From the NCBI GenBank assembly GCA_052390515.1, contig JBQTGV010000179.1:1-63662 (forward strand): a DNA stretch of 63,662 nucleotides. The letters are read 5' to 3'. Made by a program: the position numbers and the translations under genes. Below are positions 46,183-59,757 of this stretch, in pieces (the stretch's first letter is position 1; every line of letters begins with the position of its first letter). This stretch comes from Candidatus Eiseniibacteriota bacterium (GTDB lineage Bacteria > ARS69). Under the pieces are notes generated by a model. The model was not told the DNA's origin. It ran no database searches and was given only the letters and a program-made list of their open reading frames with translations.

Positions 46183-48723
46183 CTACGCGGTGATCCGGAT
46201 CGTGATCCGATTCGAGTCCACCGCCCCGAAGTCCGCGCCGGGCAGGATCAGATGGTAGATCCCCGGCCCGTGGAAGAAGCGCGCGTCCTCCGTGTCGAGG
46301 ACGATCGTGATGGTCTCGGTGGCGCCGGCCGGCACGATCTTCACCCCGCTTCCGCCCGCCACCGGACGATCCACCACCGTCGCCTCGTTCCACGCGCCGT
46401 CGATCACCCGGATGGCCGGCTTGACGCTCCCGTCCAGCAGCACCGCGGGAACACGCACGTCGTACCGGCTCCCGTTGATCACCTCGATCGTGAGCCGGAG
46501 CTTCTCGCCGAGGCGAAGCTCGGTGCCGTCGGCCGACACGCGGAGTTGCACCGCCGTCATCGCCCGCTCCGTTCCGCGGGACCTCGATGCCGGCAGCTCC
46601 CGTCGAGCTTCCTCCGGCATGACCGGTGCGGCGACGCGCTCGGTCGAGGCGAGGGACTTCATCGTCATGGGCGCCGGTTGGCCGACGCCCCCGACGCCGA
46701 GCGCGCCCGGCATCACGCCGGCGTCCAGCTCGCCGAACACGCCCTCGTAGCTGACGCCCTCCGGCATCGGCACCGGAACGCGCACCGTCCTGGCCACGCC
46801 GTTGGATACGACCGTCGTCTCCTCGACGGCCACGAACGACGTGTACTGGGTGACGAGCCGGTGGCGAAGTCCGAGATCGGTGATCTCGCTCACCGTGTCC
46901 GCGGTCTCTCCGTGCACCTGTTCCCGCTCGAGATCCGCGATCCGCGCACGCGCCCAGAGGCTCGCCAGGGCGGGACTCCCGGACTCGCGGCGGGGCAGGT
47001 CGACGACGACCGTCCTCTCCCAGGGCCGCCCGGCGAGCCGGCCGCGGATGCGCAGCTTCCCGTGCGCGCGGCCGTCCCGTGCGGCGCCGTCGGTGCGCGC
47101 GTGGATGACGAGCGGCTTCTCGGCGAAGAGGTCCGGCACGCGCGCGGGATACGCGTCGCGCACGCCGAGGCCTTCCCAGCTGAGCTCGATGTCGGTCAGA
47201 CAGGGACTGTCGATCCGCTCGGTGAACTTCGCCACCTCGGCGCGTACGTCGCTCCCGGGCAGGAAGTACTGCACCTCGCCGCGGCCTTCCTCGGACATGC
47301 GGTCGAGCAGGAAGCGGTTCACGGAGCTGCCCACCCCGAACGAGAAGAGCCGCGCGCCGCCCACGCGGCCGCGGATCTCGCCCAGGATCTCGTTCTCGTT
47401 GCCGATGTACCCGTCGGTCAGGAACGCGACGATCCGCAGCCGCGAAGGATCCGCCGGGTAGCCGAGCGCGGCGCGGATCCCCTCGATCATCATCGTGCCG
47501 CCTTCGCCCTCGAGCCCGTCCACGTAGGCGATGGCGCGCTTCACGTTGTCGGGGGTCGCCGGCTGCGGCGCCGACGCCAAGCCCGAGGCCCGGTCGGAGA
47601 AGCGGATCACCTGGAACGTGTCCCCCGGCCGGAGGTTGCGCAGCGCGTGGCGAACCAGCGCCTTCGACGCCGCGATCGGCTCGCCGGACATGGAGCCGGA
47701 GCAGTCCAGCACGAAGACCAGCTCCCTCGCGCCGATCTCACCGTGGGAGGGCGAACGCTCCGGGTGGATCATGACGGTGACGAAGCCCTGCTCCCCGTCG
47801 TTCCGGGTCAGCACGGCGGCTGCCGGCTCGTCGCCCGCGACACGCCAGCGCAGCACGAAGTCCTTGTTCGGGATGGTGTCCAGCGGGTCGAGTCGGACGT
47901 CCGCCCTCGCGCCGTTCACCTGCTTCCGGATCACGTGCGTGGGGCTCTCCAGGTCGTGGACCGGGAGCCCGGCGTCCAGATGCACCTCGATTGCGAGGTC
48001 ATGCCCGGAGCGGAATCCGGGAGGGAGCACGTCCGGGTTGATGTGGTAGTCCGCGTCCGGCACGCCGCGTGAGGGCACCGGGGCGAAGCCGCCCGCCGGC
48101 AGGACGTCACCGGAGCCGCCGGGCGGAATGAAGCGCGGCCCCACCACGGTCGGGAAGGCGAGCTCGTAGCGGCCGTCGTCGTAGGCGAGCGTCTCCACGT
48201 AGGTTAGTGTGACGACGACGTCGTTCCCGGGCAGGATGTTCGCCACGGACTGCGTGAAGATGTTGGGGCGCTCCTGCTCGAGCAGCGCCGCGACGTGACC
48301 TCGATCCCTTGCACTCTCGTAGAGCCGCCGCGCCTCGTCGCGCCGTTCGATGATACCGCGGATCACGCGTTCGCCGAGGCGCATCTCCAGGTCGTTCACT
48401 GCGGCCTCGTGCGGAAGCGGGAACACGTACACGGCCTCGATCGTGTCCTCGTACGGGTTTTGGAAGGTCTGCGTCACGGTGACGCGCGCGACCGGCCCCG
48501 ACACGTCCGCCTTCACGGCCGTGCGGGCCAGCGGGAGTTCGACGTCCTGCACGTTCCCGCCGACGACGAGCTGCAGCGCTCCGCCGCCGAACCCGCATCG
48601 GTCGCCGGGGAGGGGTCGTGCCGGGTCGGGCGCTTCGGATCCGTCGCCCGCCACGGGGGCGAGCCCCAGCAGGAGCCCCGCGAGCGCCGCGCGAAGCCTG
48701 CCTCGGTTTCTCTCGTGCTGCAT
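46183..48723 (-). CDS. Exported VIT + VWA domain protein (inter-alpha-trypsin-inhibitor-like)
   Basis: Signal peptide; VIT motif QTFQNP..EAVYVFPLP; MIDAS motif DCSGSM, FLTDG; LVTQYTSFVAV. Confidence 0.92.
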   Translation of the reverse strand: MQHERNRGRLRAALAGLLLGLAPVAGDGSEAPDPARPLPGDRCGFGGGALQLVVGGNVQDVELPLARTAVKADVSGPVARVTVTQTFQNPYEDTIEAVYVFPLPHEAAVNDLEMRLGERVIRGIIERRDEARRLYESARDRGHVAALLEQERPNIFTQSVANILPGNDVVVTLTYVETLAYDDGRYELAFPTVVGPRFIPPGGSGDVLPAGGFAPVPSRGVPDADYHINPDVLPPGFRSGHDLAIEVHLDAGLPVHDLESPTHVIRKQVNGARADVRLDPLDTIPNKDFVLRWRVAGDEPAAAVLTRNDGEQGFVTVMIHPERSPSHGEIGARELVFVLDCSGSMSGEPIAASKALVRHALRNLRPGDTFQVIRFSDRASGLASAPQPATPDNVKRAIAYVDGLEGEGGTMMIEGIRAALGYPADPSRLRIVAFLTDGYIGNENEILGEIRGRVGGARLFSFGVGSSVNRFLLDRMSEEGRGEVQYFLPGSDVRAEVAKFTERIDSPCLTDIELSWEGLGVRDAYPARVPDLFAEKPLVIHARTDGAARDGRAHGKLRIRGRLAGRPWERTVVVDLPRRESGSPALASLWARARIADLEREQVHGETADTVSEITDLGLRHRLVTQYTSFVAVEETTVVSNGVARTVRVPVPMPEGVSYEGVFGELDAGVMPGALGVGGVGQPAPMTMKSLASTERVAAPVMPEEARRELPASRSRGTERAMTAVQLRVSADGTELRLGEKLRLTIEVINGSRYDVRVPAVLLDGSVKPAIRVIDGAWNEATVVDRPVAGGSGVKIVPAGATETITIVLDTEDARFFHGPGIYHLILPGADFGAVDSNRITIRITA

Positions 48724-48781
48724 GATGTTCCTCCGATCGGGCCGGGCTTCCGGGGCGGAACGCGTGGCCCGTTTCTCGTGA

Positions 48782-48811
48782 GACGTACCCGAGCGTGGCG
48801 CGTTCTATTCC
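48782..48811 (-). promoter_or_regulatory. Putative ECF-sigma promoter of the VIT-VWA gene
   Basis: Minus strand reads GGAATAGAAC-N16-CGTC. Confidence 0.55.
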
Positions 48812-48877
48812 CTCCCCCTACACTGCGCCGGGAATGAAACGCTCCGGTCGGGGGTATTGCGAACCGAGGGTGGGTCG

Positions 48878-49441
48878 GTGACGGAGCCGGCATCGCGAAG
48901 GCAGGAGAGTCCCGAGCCGGACGACCGCGAGCTCGTGCTGGCGGCGCAATCGGGCAGCCGCCGCGCGTTCGGGATGCTCGTCCGGCGCCACCAGCGGCGC
49001 GTGTTCGGGCTGGGCGTCCGGCTCCTGGGCACGTCCCACGACGCGGACGACCTGGTTCAGGAGACGTTCCTCCGGGCTTGGCGCGCGCTCGATCGTCTGG
49101 ACGCGGAGCGGCCGGTGATCCCATGGCTCCTGCGGATCGCGACGAACCGGGCGATGACGATGCTCTCCGCGCGCGGCCGGCGCGCCGCGGAGGTGCTCGA
49201 CGAGGATCTGCCGGCCGCCGGAACGCGCCCGGACGAGAGCGCGGAGCGGGCGCAGCTCCTGGCCAGGGTGAGCCGGGCCCTCGCCGCGCTGTCGGACGAG
49301 CAGCGGATCGTGCTCTCGCTCCGCGCCAGCGAGGGCCTCTCCTACCTGGAGATCGCGGCGATGCTCGACGTGCCCGTCGGAACGGTGATGTCCCGCCTCG
49401 CGCGGGCGCGCGAGACGATGCGGAGGATGGTGCCTCGATGA
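48878..49441 (+). CDS. ECF RNA polymerase sigma factor
   Basis: AFGMLVRRHQ, DADDLVQETFLRAW, WLLRIATN, GLSYLEIA...VGTVMSRLARAR. Confidence 0.94.
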   Translation: MTEPASRRQESPEPDDRELVLAAQSGSRRAFGMLVRRHQRRVFGLGVRLLGTSHDADDLVQETFLRAWRALDRLDAERPVIPWLLRIATNRAMTMLSARGRRAAEVLDEDLPAAGTRPDESAERAQLLARVSRALAALSDEQRIVLSLRASEGLSYLEIAAMLDVPVGTVMSRLARARETMRRMVPR

Positions 49442-50442
49442 ACGAAGACTGTGCGACCTTCCGGGACTCGCTCTCGGCCTTCGCCGACGGCGAGCTGGAC
49501 GCGGCCGCGGCGGTGCGCGTCCGCGAGCATCTTCGCTCCTGCCAGGCCTGCCGCGATGCGGTCGCCGCCTACGCGGTCGCCGACGCTGCCGTGGCGGAGA
49601 TCGGGACCTGGCGGCCGGAAGCGGAGTGGGCGCAGCTGGCCGAGCGCATCGACTCGGCCGTGGCCCGGCAGCCCCTGCCGAACACGGGGCCGCTGGCCTC
49701 CGCGCGCGCACGCAAGCGGCGGCTGCACGACCGATTCAGCGCGCGTCACCTATCCCTGGCTCTCGGCTCCGCCGGCACTCTGCTCGCCGCGCTGCTGGTC
49801 CTCCTCCTCCGGCCGCTCTCGGACGACCTAGCCCCGGTGGACACGGTCCCACCCCTCGGGAGGCCGGCAGGCCGGGAAGCGAAGCAGCGAGCTGGGCAAC
49901 CGGCGGAGGGCGCCCAGGCCGAGCGCTCCGTCGTCGCCGAGACGGAGGCCGGGCCCGCGTCGTCGCCACCAGTGGAGACCGCGACGGAACCGGAGGCATC
50001 CGAGGAGCCGCCGCCCGAACCGGCGGCGGAACCGCGCGCACAGAAGGCCCTCGACGAAGTGAGCGCCCTCGAGGAAACGGATCTCGCACCCGGAACTCTC
50101 CTGTCGAAGCCCGCCCCGGTGTCGAACGGAGCGGCGCAGCCCTCGGCATTGGATCGGGGAGTCGCAGTCGGGCGCGCCGGGATCGGGCGTTCGGAGGCCG
50201 AGCTCGTCCGCGCGGTGGATGCGGCGGAGGAGCAGCTCGTCGGTCGACCGCCGGCGGCGCGCCGCGCCGAGGTCCTCTCCCGCCTCGTGACGCTCTGGGC
50301 GGACCTCGTGGCGATCGCTCCCGGCCGATACTGCACCGATGCGGGTACTGCGGCGGACCAGTGGGAGGCACTCGCGCTCCCCGCTCCGGGCGACGCCGAG
50401 CTCGATGCCGTCCGACGGATCCGGGAGGCCTGCTCCGAGTAG
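49438..50442 (+). CDS. Zinc-binding (zf-HC2/ZAS) transmembrane anti-sigma factor
   Basis: ATGA overlap with the sigma gene; HLRSCQAC (HxxxCxxC); one TM helix; Pro/Glu-rich extracytoplasmic linker. Confidence 0.88.
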   Translation: MNEDCATFRDSLSAFADGELDAAAAVRVREHLRSCQACRDAVAAYAVADAAVAEIGTWRPEAEWAQLAERIDSAVARQPLPNTGPLASARARKRRLHDRFSARHLSLALGSAGTLLAALLVLLLRPLSDDLAPVDTVPPLGRPAGREAKQRAGQPAEGAQAERSVVAETEAGPASSPPVETATEPEASEEPPPEPAAEPRAQKALDEVSALEETDLAPGTLLSKPAPVSNGAAQPSALDRGVAVGRAGIGRSEAELVRAVDAAEEQLVGRPPAARRAEVLSRLVTLWADLVAIAPGRYCTDAGTAADQWEALALPAPGDAELDAVRRIREACSE

Positions 50443-50517
50443 CGCCGGAAGACAGCAACGCTCCCCGCCCGGATCGGACGGGGAGCGCCCGCGCGCTGCT
50501 GCCGGGGGTCCGCGCGT

Positions 50518-51204
50518 CTACGATTCCTTCGTCTGGATCCGCTCCACGAGCGTCTTCTCGTCGATCGAGCCCGCCGCGAAGGCACGGATGTCGCTCATCT
50601 TCGCCCGCACCGAGAGGCGGCGCAGGTCCTTGTCGTAGAAGTACGGCGAGTCCTCGAGGAAGGCCTCGATCTCCACGTGCTCCGCGTCCGGAATCTCGGT
50701 CAGGAGATCCGCGAAGTCCACGAGCGCTTCCACGACTTCCGTCTTGCCGCGGGTGTAGCGCCGCTCCTGCCGCGCCATGTCGCGCTCGTACCACTCGCTG
50801 CGCTCCGAACGCCGGTCTGCGCGGTCGGAGTCGTCCTCGTCCTCCCAGTCGTCGTCGATGACGATCACGCGGCGGCCGTCGTCATCATCCCGCCACCAGT
50901 TCCACCACTTGCCACCGTGACCGAAGTCCCAGCTGGAGCCGGTCAGCGAGGCGTCGAACGTGAAGATGACGCCGTGGCCGTCCACGTAGACGCCGCGGGT
51001 CTCGCTGTGGCTCTGCACGAGCCAGTTCGGGCTGTCCACCAGCATGTCGTCGAGTACGCGCTCGAAGAGTCCCAGCTGCCGCTCGAGCTTGCGGGATGTC
51101 GGATCGGCGGAGGCATCTCCTGCCATGGCCAGGAGCGCGATCCCGGCCAGTGTCCAGGCCAGAAGGCGGCTCCTCGGGTCGTCTCTCAGGATTCGGGTCT
51201 TCAC
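50518..51204 (-). CDS. Hypothetical exported protein
   Basis: GTG after GGAGGGG; signal peptide; Asp/Trp-rich central segment; coding-like codon usage. Confidence 0.7.
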   Translation of the reverse strand: MKTRILRDDPRSRLLAWTLAGIALLAMAGDASADPTSRKLERQLGLFERVLDDMLVDSPNWLVQSHSETRGVYVDGHGVIFTFDASLTGSSWDFGHGGKWWNWWRDDDDGRRVIVIDDDWEDEDDSDRADRRSERSEWYERDMARQERRYTRGKTEVVEALVDFADLLTEIPDAEHVEIEAFLEDSPYFYDKDLRRLSVRAKMSDIRAFAAGSIDEKTLVERIQTKES

Positions 51205-51252
51205 GGCGTCCCCTCCTCGGGCTCCGGGCTCGTACTTCGGAATCACCCGTAG

Positions 51253-51279
51253 GACGAGACCGGCGGAGGGGGTGTTCAA
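51253..51279 (-). promoter_or_regulatory. Putative ECF-sigma promoter of the exported protein gene
   Basis: Minus strand reads TTGAAC-N17-CGTC. Confidence 0.45.
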
Positions 51280-51332
51280 GGCGGCCTTGGGGATCGCGAG
51301 CGGCGGAGTACCTCGGGGACCCGGGGAACGGG

Positions 51333-52371
51333 TCAGAAGACCTTCTTGGCCAGGCCCAGAATGCCCTGTTTCCAAGGCACCCGGTGGGATACCCCCGACC
51401 GGTTGGCGAAGGCATGCTGGTTCTCCAGGTACCACTCGTAGTTCCGCACCAGGGCCTGCGCGTTCGAGTGCTTGGGCTTCCAGCCCAGGACCCGCTCGGC
51501 CTTCTCGATGGAGACGAAGGAGTCCTCGCAAGCCGTCTCGTAGACCCACTTGTAGAGCGGCGAGAGCTTCATCGCCTCGAGGGCGCGGAGCGTCCAGATG
51601 AGCGGCCGGGCCGGCGTCGCTACGATCTTCTTGCCGAACCCGGCGCGGTCCAGCACCGCCTGCCAGTCCTCGCGCATGGTCAGGAACTCCTTTGCGCCGA
51701 CGTTGAAGACGTCGTCGACCTGCGCCTCCGCCAACGTCCCGCAGAGCCAGATGGCGTCGCACAGGTCCTCGACGTCCAGGAGCTGATAGCGGTTCTTGCC
51801 GTTGCCGATCATGGGGAAGCCGTGCCCATCTTTCGCCCAGTCGTAGAAGAGGGCGAAGACCCCGAGACGCTCCGGACCGACGAACGACTTCGGCCGGATG
51901 ATCGGCACGCACATTCCGTACTGGCGGAAGGACGCCGCCACCTCCTCGGCGGCGACCTTGGCCTCGCCGTAGGGGCCGACGCCCTCCAGTTGGTCGTTCT
52001 CGAGCAGCGGATGGTGATCGGGGATGCCGTACACCGCGGTCGAGGAGATGTGGATGACGCGCTTCACGCCCGCGTCCCGCGCCGCCTCGAACACCGTGCG
52101 CGTCCCGTCGAGGTCCGTGGAGTAGATGTCCTCGGGCTTGTAGAGCGGCAGCGCCGCGGCGGTGTGGCAGACCACGTCCGCGCCCTCCAGCGCGCGGTCG
52201 ACGTCCTCCCGGCGGCGGATGTCCCCCGTCACGCAGCGCACGCGGTCCCGCTCGGGGTAGTCGAACGGAGCGATGTCCAGCGAGGTGGCCTCCACCCCCT
52301 CGGCGTGGAGGCGGCGCACGAGGTTGATTCCGAGGAAGCCGGCGCCTCCCGTGATCATCCAGCGGACCGCG

Positions 52372-52385
<14 letters not shown>
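51333..52385 (-). CDS. NAD-dependent epimerase/dehydratase (extended SDR, 3-beta-HSD-like)
   Basis: [22 protein letters not shown] (YxxxK). Confidence 0.9.
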
Positions 52386-55682
<3,297 letters not shown>

Positions 55683-55683
<1 letters not shown>

Positions 55684-56837
55684 CAGCGCACCTTCCCGCC
55701 GAGGTGATCCAGGAACTCCTCCCACAGGTAGCCCGAGTCGTGCGGACCGGGCGCGGCCTCCGGGTGGTACTGCACGCAGTAGAGCGCGAGGTCCCGGTGC
55801 ATCATCCCCTCCACCGTTCCGTCGAAGAGGCTCCGGTGGGTGATCTCGAAGCCCACCGCCTGGGCGCTCTCCGGGTCCACTGCGTAGTTGTGGTTCTGCG
55901 ACGTGATCTCGATGCGGCCGGAGGTCTCCTGGCGAACGGGATGGTTCGCTCCGTGGTGCCCGAACTTCAGCTTGAAGGTCTGCGCGCCGCAGGCCAGGGC
56001 CAGCAGCTGGTGTCCCAGGCAGATGCCCTGGATGGGCAGCTTGCCCACGAGCGAGCGCACGGTGTCGACCGCGTACCCCGCGGCGCGAGGATCCCCCGGG
56101 CCGTTCGTCAGGAAGAGGCCGTCCGGCTGGACGTCCAGGATCTCCTCGGCCTTCGCCGTCGCAGGGAACACGATGACGCGGGCGCCGTGCGCGGAGAGCT
56201 TGCGCAAGATGTTGCGCTTCATGCCGCAGTCGAGCACGGCCAGCGTCGGGCCGGTGCGCAGGACCGCCGGCTCGGCGGCGGCGCGCTTCCCCCGGGGCTC
56301 GTCGCCGCGCCACTCGAAGCGCCGGGGCGAGGTGACGATCCGCACGACGTCCAGCGTGGCGAGGTCGGGAACGGCACGGGCCGCTTCCACGAGCGCGTCT
56401 CCGGAGCAAAGCTCCTCGAGCGCTTCGCCGCTGGCCAGGACGCCGCGCAGACACCCCTTCTCGCGGATGAGTCGGGTGAGCCGGCGCGTGTCGATCTCGT
56501 GGATGCCGACCACTCCCCACTCGCGCATGTACTCGTCGAGGCTGCGAGTGGCCCTCCACGAGGACACGGTGCGGGAGAACTCCCGCGCGACGAAGCCGCG
56601 CACGTGGGGCCTGCCGGACTCCGGATCCTCTTCGTTGACGCCGGTGTTCCCGATCTGGGAGGCGGTCATGACGACGAGCTGACCGTGGTACGAGGGGTCG
56701 GTCAGGACCTCCTGGTAGCCGGTCATCGCCGTGTTGAAGACCACTTCGCCCTCGACCCGCCCCGTCGCGCCGAAGGACGATCCCTCGAAGAGGCTGCCGT
56801 CCTCGAGTGCCAGGACGGCGCGTCGGCGAGCGGTCAA
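55683..56837 (-). CDS. carA: Carbamoyl-phosphate synthase small subunit
   Basis: [41 protein letters not shown] start is approximate. Confidence 0.96.
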
Positions 56838-57071
56838 GCGGGCTCCGGGATTCCGAGGTGGGTGGCACACTTTCGGAGAAACGAGGGTAACGGACGCTCC
56901 CGAGACAGTCAACGAGTCCTCGCGGTGCGGTCGTGGGTCATTCTGGTCGCGACCCGCTACCCGCGCGGCGCGTCGGGACTTGCCGGAGGACGCGGCCGGC
57001 CTTCGCCCGGCTCGGGCCGCGTGCGTCACGCCGGGACCCGGGCGACGTATCAGGGTTGGACGGGGGTGCGA

Positions 57072-57893
57072 ATGAGGAGACTCGTGTGGATCGGCGTCGC
57101 CGCGCTTGCCGCGGCCCTGCCTCGCGCGGCAGGCTCGGCCGGTGCGTTTCGCGCGCACGGGGCCTCCATGCTGCTCGCCCCGGGCGAGTCGGAGCTCAAG
57201 CTCTTCCACAATCTCTACACGCAGACGCGCACTTACGACGCCGGCGGCCGCCGGAGCGACCCCGGCCCCCGCTCGACGTGGTATACCGCGACGGCGGCGG
57301 TCCGCCGCGGATGGCGCCCGCGCGTCAACGTGGGGCTCGAGCTCACCGTGCGCGCCGTCCGAGACGACACCCGGCTTCCCGACTTCCGTTCCCGCCGAGG
57401 ACTGACGGCGGTCACGCCGTGCGTGCAGGCGGCCGTCCTCGAGGCTCGCCCCTCCTTCACGCTGGAGACCGGGCTGCGCGTGCCGCTCGCCGCGCGCCTC
57501 GAGGGCGATGAGCGCGATCCGTTCCTGGACTTCGACGAACCGGTCTGGTCGACGAAGGGGTTCGACGAGGTCGGTGCCGGCGAGCGCATCCGCATCTACG
57601 CCGAAGCGGGCGCGCGCGTCCGCCTGGCCGGTGATGAGAGCCAGTGGACGACACCGTTCAAGGCGATCCCGGGCTTCGCGGTGACCCCGCGGTGGAAGCT
57701 CGAGCTGCCGCTGGAGCTGTCTCGGGACTGGCTCGGGGCCTCCGAGGGGAGCTACTACGTCCAGGGCGGTGTCGGCGTGAAGGGGTTCGTCGGGGCGGAC
57801 GCCGAGCTCGAGGTACTGTGGACGACGTTCCCGGCCGGCCGCCGCTCCGGCGCTGGGCAGACGTTCAACGTGGGGCTGCGGCTCGTGCGATAG
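57072..57893 (+). CDS. Hypothetical exported protein, probable outer-membrane beta-barrel
   Basis: Signal peptide; amphipathic beta-strands; C-terminal GQTFNVGLRLVR. Confidence 0.65.
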   Translation: MRRLVWIGVAALAAALPRAAGSAGAFRAHGASMLLAPGESELKLFHNLYTQTRTYDAGGRRSDPGPRSTWYTATAAVRRGWRPRVNVGLELTVRAVRDDTRLPDFRSRRGLTAVTPCVQAAVLEARPSFTLETGLRVPLAARLEGDERDPFLDFDEPVWSTKGFDEVGAGERIRIYAEAGARVRLAGDESQWTTPFKAIPGFAVTPRWKLELPLELSRDWLGASEGSYYVQGGVGVKGFVGADAELEVLWTTFPAGRRSGAGQTFNVGLRLVR

Positions 57894-58010
57894 GTGTCCG
57901 ATCTCCGCCGCGGACCGGTGGTGGGTCCGTCGGCGGACCGCCCGGGCTGGTGCCACCCCGATCGATTCGGTACATTGGGGTTTCATTCGCCCGGCACGAG
58001 GGAGTGGCCC

Positions 58011-58292
58011 TTGGGAAAGACCTGCGAGCACCCGCTGCACGGGATCACCGTGGTCGTCGACACGGGTGGACCGCGGATCTACGTCGGCCGGTATCATTCC
58101 GAGACCGAGCAGGGAGTCCTGCTGCACGACGCCGACGTGCGCGACGTCGGCACACCCGAGCAGAAAGCAGTGTACTTGGCCCGTTCGGCACGACTCGGCG
58201 TGTTCAAGAACACGGAACGGGTCGTCGTTCCGCGCGACGAGGTGAGGTCGCTCAAGCGGCTCATCGAGTACGCGGCCGAGTCGGCCCCATGA
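58011..58292 (+). CDS. Small hypothetical beta-rich protein (possible Sm/LSm-like fold)
   Basis: TTG after GAGGGAG; coding-like codon usage; ends 13 nt before the bacilliredoxin gene. Confidence 0.65.
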   Translation: MGKTCEHPLHGITVVVDTGGPRIYVGRYHSETEQGVLLHDADVRDVGTPEQKAVYLARSARLGVFKNTERVVVPRDEVRSLKRLIEYAAESAP

Positions 58293-58305
58293 AGCGGAGG
58301 AATCG

Positions 58306-58737
58306 ATGAGGTATCCGGAGGAGATGGTCCGGCCGATGCGCCAGGAGATGGCGCAGCTCGGCTTCGAGGAAGCACGCACTCCGGACGCCGTCCGCAAGGC
58401 GGTCTCGTCCGGCGGCACGACCCTGCTCTTCGTCAACTCGGTCTGCGGGTGCGCAGGCGGCATCGCGCGGCCGGGGCTCGCGCTGGCCCTGACCCACGGC
58501 GTGCTGCCCGATCGCCTGGCGACCACGTTCGCCGGCATGGACATCGAGGCGGTGGACTTCGCCCGCGGATTGTTCGCCGAGTACCCGCCGAGCTCCCCAC
58601 AGGCGGCGCTCTTCAAGGACGGGAAGCCGGTCGAGGTGATCCAGCGTCACCAGATCGAGGGCACCAGCGCCGAGCGTTTCGCGTCCCTGCTGACGGCGGC
58701 TTTCGATCGACACTGCCGGAGCGGGAAGCCCGTCTGA
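58306..58737 (+). CDS. BrxA/BrxB family bacilliredoxin
   Basis: YPEEMVRPMRQE, VNSVCGCAGGIARP (CGC motif), FAGMD, PPSSP, RHQIEG. Confidence 0.93.
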   Translation: MRYPEEMVRPMRQEMAQLGFEEARTPDAVRKAVSSGGTTLLFVNSVCGCAGGIARPGLALALTHGVLPDRLATTFAGMDIEAVDFARGLFAEYPPSSPQAALFKDGKPVEVIQRHQIEGTSAERFASLLTAAFDRHCRSGKPV

Positions 58738-58742
58738 GTCCG

Positions 58743-58777
58743 GCGGAGGGCGGGGACCCGCGTCCCCGCGCCTCCGC
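58743..58777. terminator. Hairpin between convergent genes
   Basis: GCGGAGG-GCGGGGAC / GTCCCCGC-G-CCTCCGC inverted repeat. Confidence 0.55.
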
Positions 58778-58785
58778 GCGGTGGT

Positions 58786-59568
58786 TCAGGTCAGCTGGAT
58801 GATCGAGATCGCCGCGCCCTGGGGATCCAGGAACGTGGCGGAGCGGCCCACTCCCGGGACGTCCCTCGGCGGGACGAGCACCTGGGCGCCGCCGGTCTTC
58901 GCCCGCGCCAGCCTCGCGTCGCAGTCGTCGACAGCCACGTAGATCATCCAGTGCGAAGGCACCGGACCCATTTCCGGCGTCACCGCCATCATGCCCGCCT
59001 GACGCGCCCCCGCGGCCATCAGGAACGTGTAGCTCATCGGCCCCATCGGCTGGTCGGCCAGCTCGTACCCGAACGTCTGCGCGTAGAACTTCTTGGCGGC
59101 GGGGAGATCGCGCGTGACCAGCTCGTGCCAGCAGACCGTCCCCGGCTCGTTCACCACGGCGGCCCCGTGGTGCTTCTTCGCCTGCCAGACGGCGAACACC
59201 GCACCGGTCGGATCCTGGATCACCGCCATCCGGCCGATGTCCATCACGTCCATCGGCCCCATCATGATCTCGGCGCCGGCGGCCTCGGCACGGTTCGTGG
59301 ACTCGTCCGCGCTCTCGACGTTGATGTAGCTCAGCCAGTGCGGTGGGACGCCCTGCGCGTGCATCTCCGCGTTGAGCTCGTACAGACCGCCGAGCTCCCG
59401 GCCGCCATGCCGGACCATCGTGTACGTGCCCATTCCTTCGGGCATCTCGTGCGTTTCGAAATCCCAACCGAGCACGTCGGTGTAGAACTTCGCCGCCGCT
59501 TTGCGGTCGGTGGTCGCGAGCTCCATCCAGCAGAACGCGCCGGGCGCGTGCACCGTGACTTCGGGCAT
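58786..59568 (-). CDS. Two-domain VOC/glyoxalase family protein
   Basis: PGAFCWMEL..FY..VLGW and PGTVCWHEL..FY..FGY; DPTGA and DPQGA. Confidence 0.92.
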   Translation of the reverse strand: MPEVTVHAPGAFCWMELATTDRKAAAKFYTDVLGWDFETHEMPEGMGTYTMVRHGGRELGGLYELNAEMHAQGVPPHWLSYINVESADESTNRAEAAGAEIMMGPMDVMDIGRMAVIQDPTGAVFAVWQAKKHHGAAVVNEPGTVCWHELVTRDLPAAKKFYAQTFGYELADQPMGPMSYTFLMAAGARQAGMMAVTPEMGPVPSHWMIYVAVDDCDARLARAKTGGAQVLVPPRDVPGVGRSATFLDPQGAAISIIQLT

Positions 59569-59757
59569 GATCCCTCTCCTCGCTTCGTGGAAGCCGACCC
59601 GACGGGCCGAGCGGCCATTGTAGGCCGGCCGGGGCTGTAAACGGCGTCAAAACGCCCCCTTGGACGGTGCCAGTTTCAGCGAAAGGTTTGCGCCCCGATC
59701 GACCGATGAGGGGGAAGCGCCCGGCTCGACCGGCGCCACCCCAACGACGAGGCACCG

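Noticed and set aside
59660-59680. TGGCAC as a sigma54 -24 box (also at about 56863)
   Set aside because: No TTGC -12 element at the required spacing.
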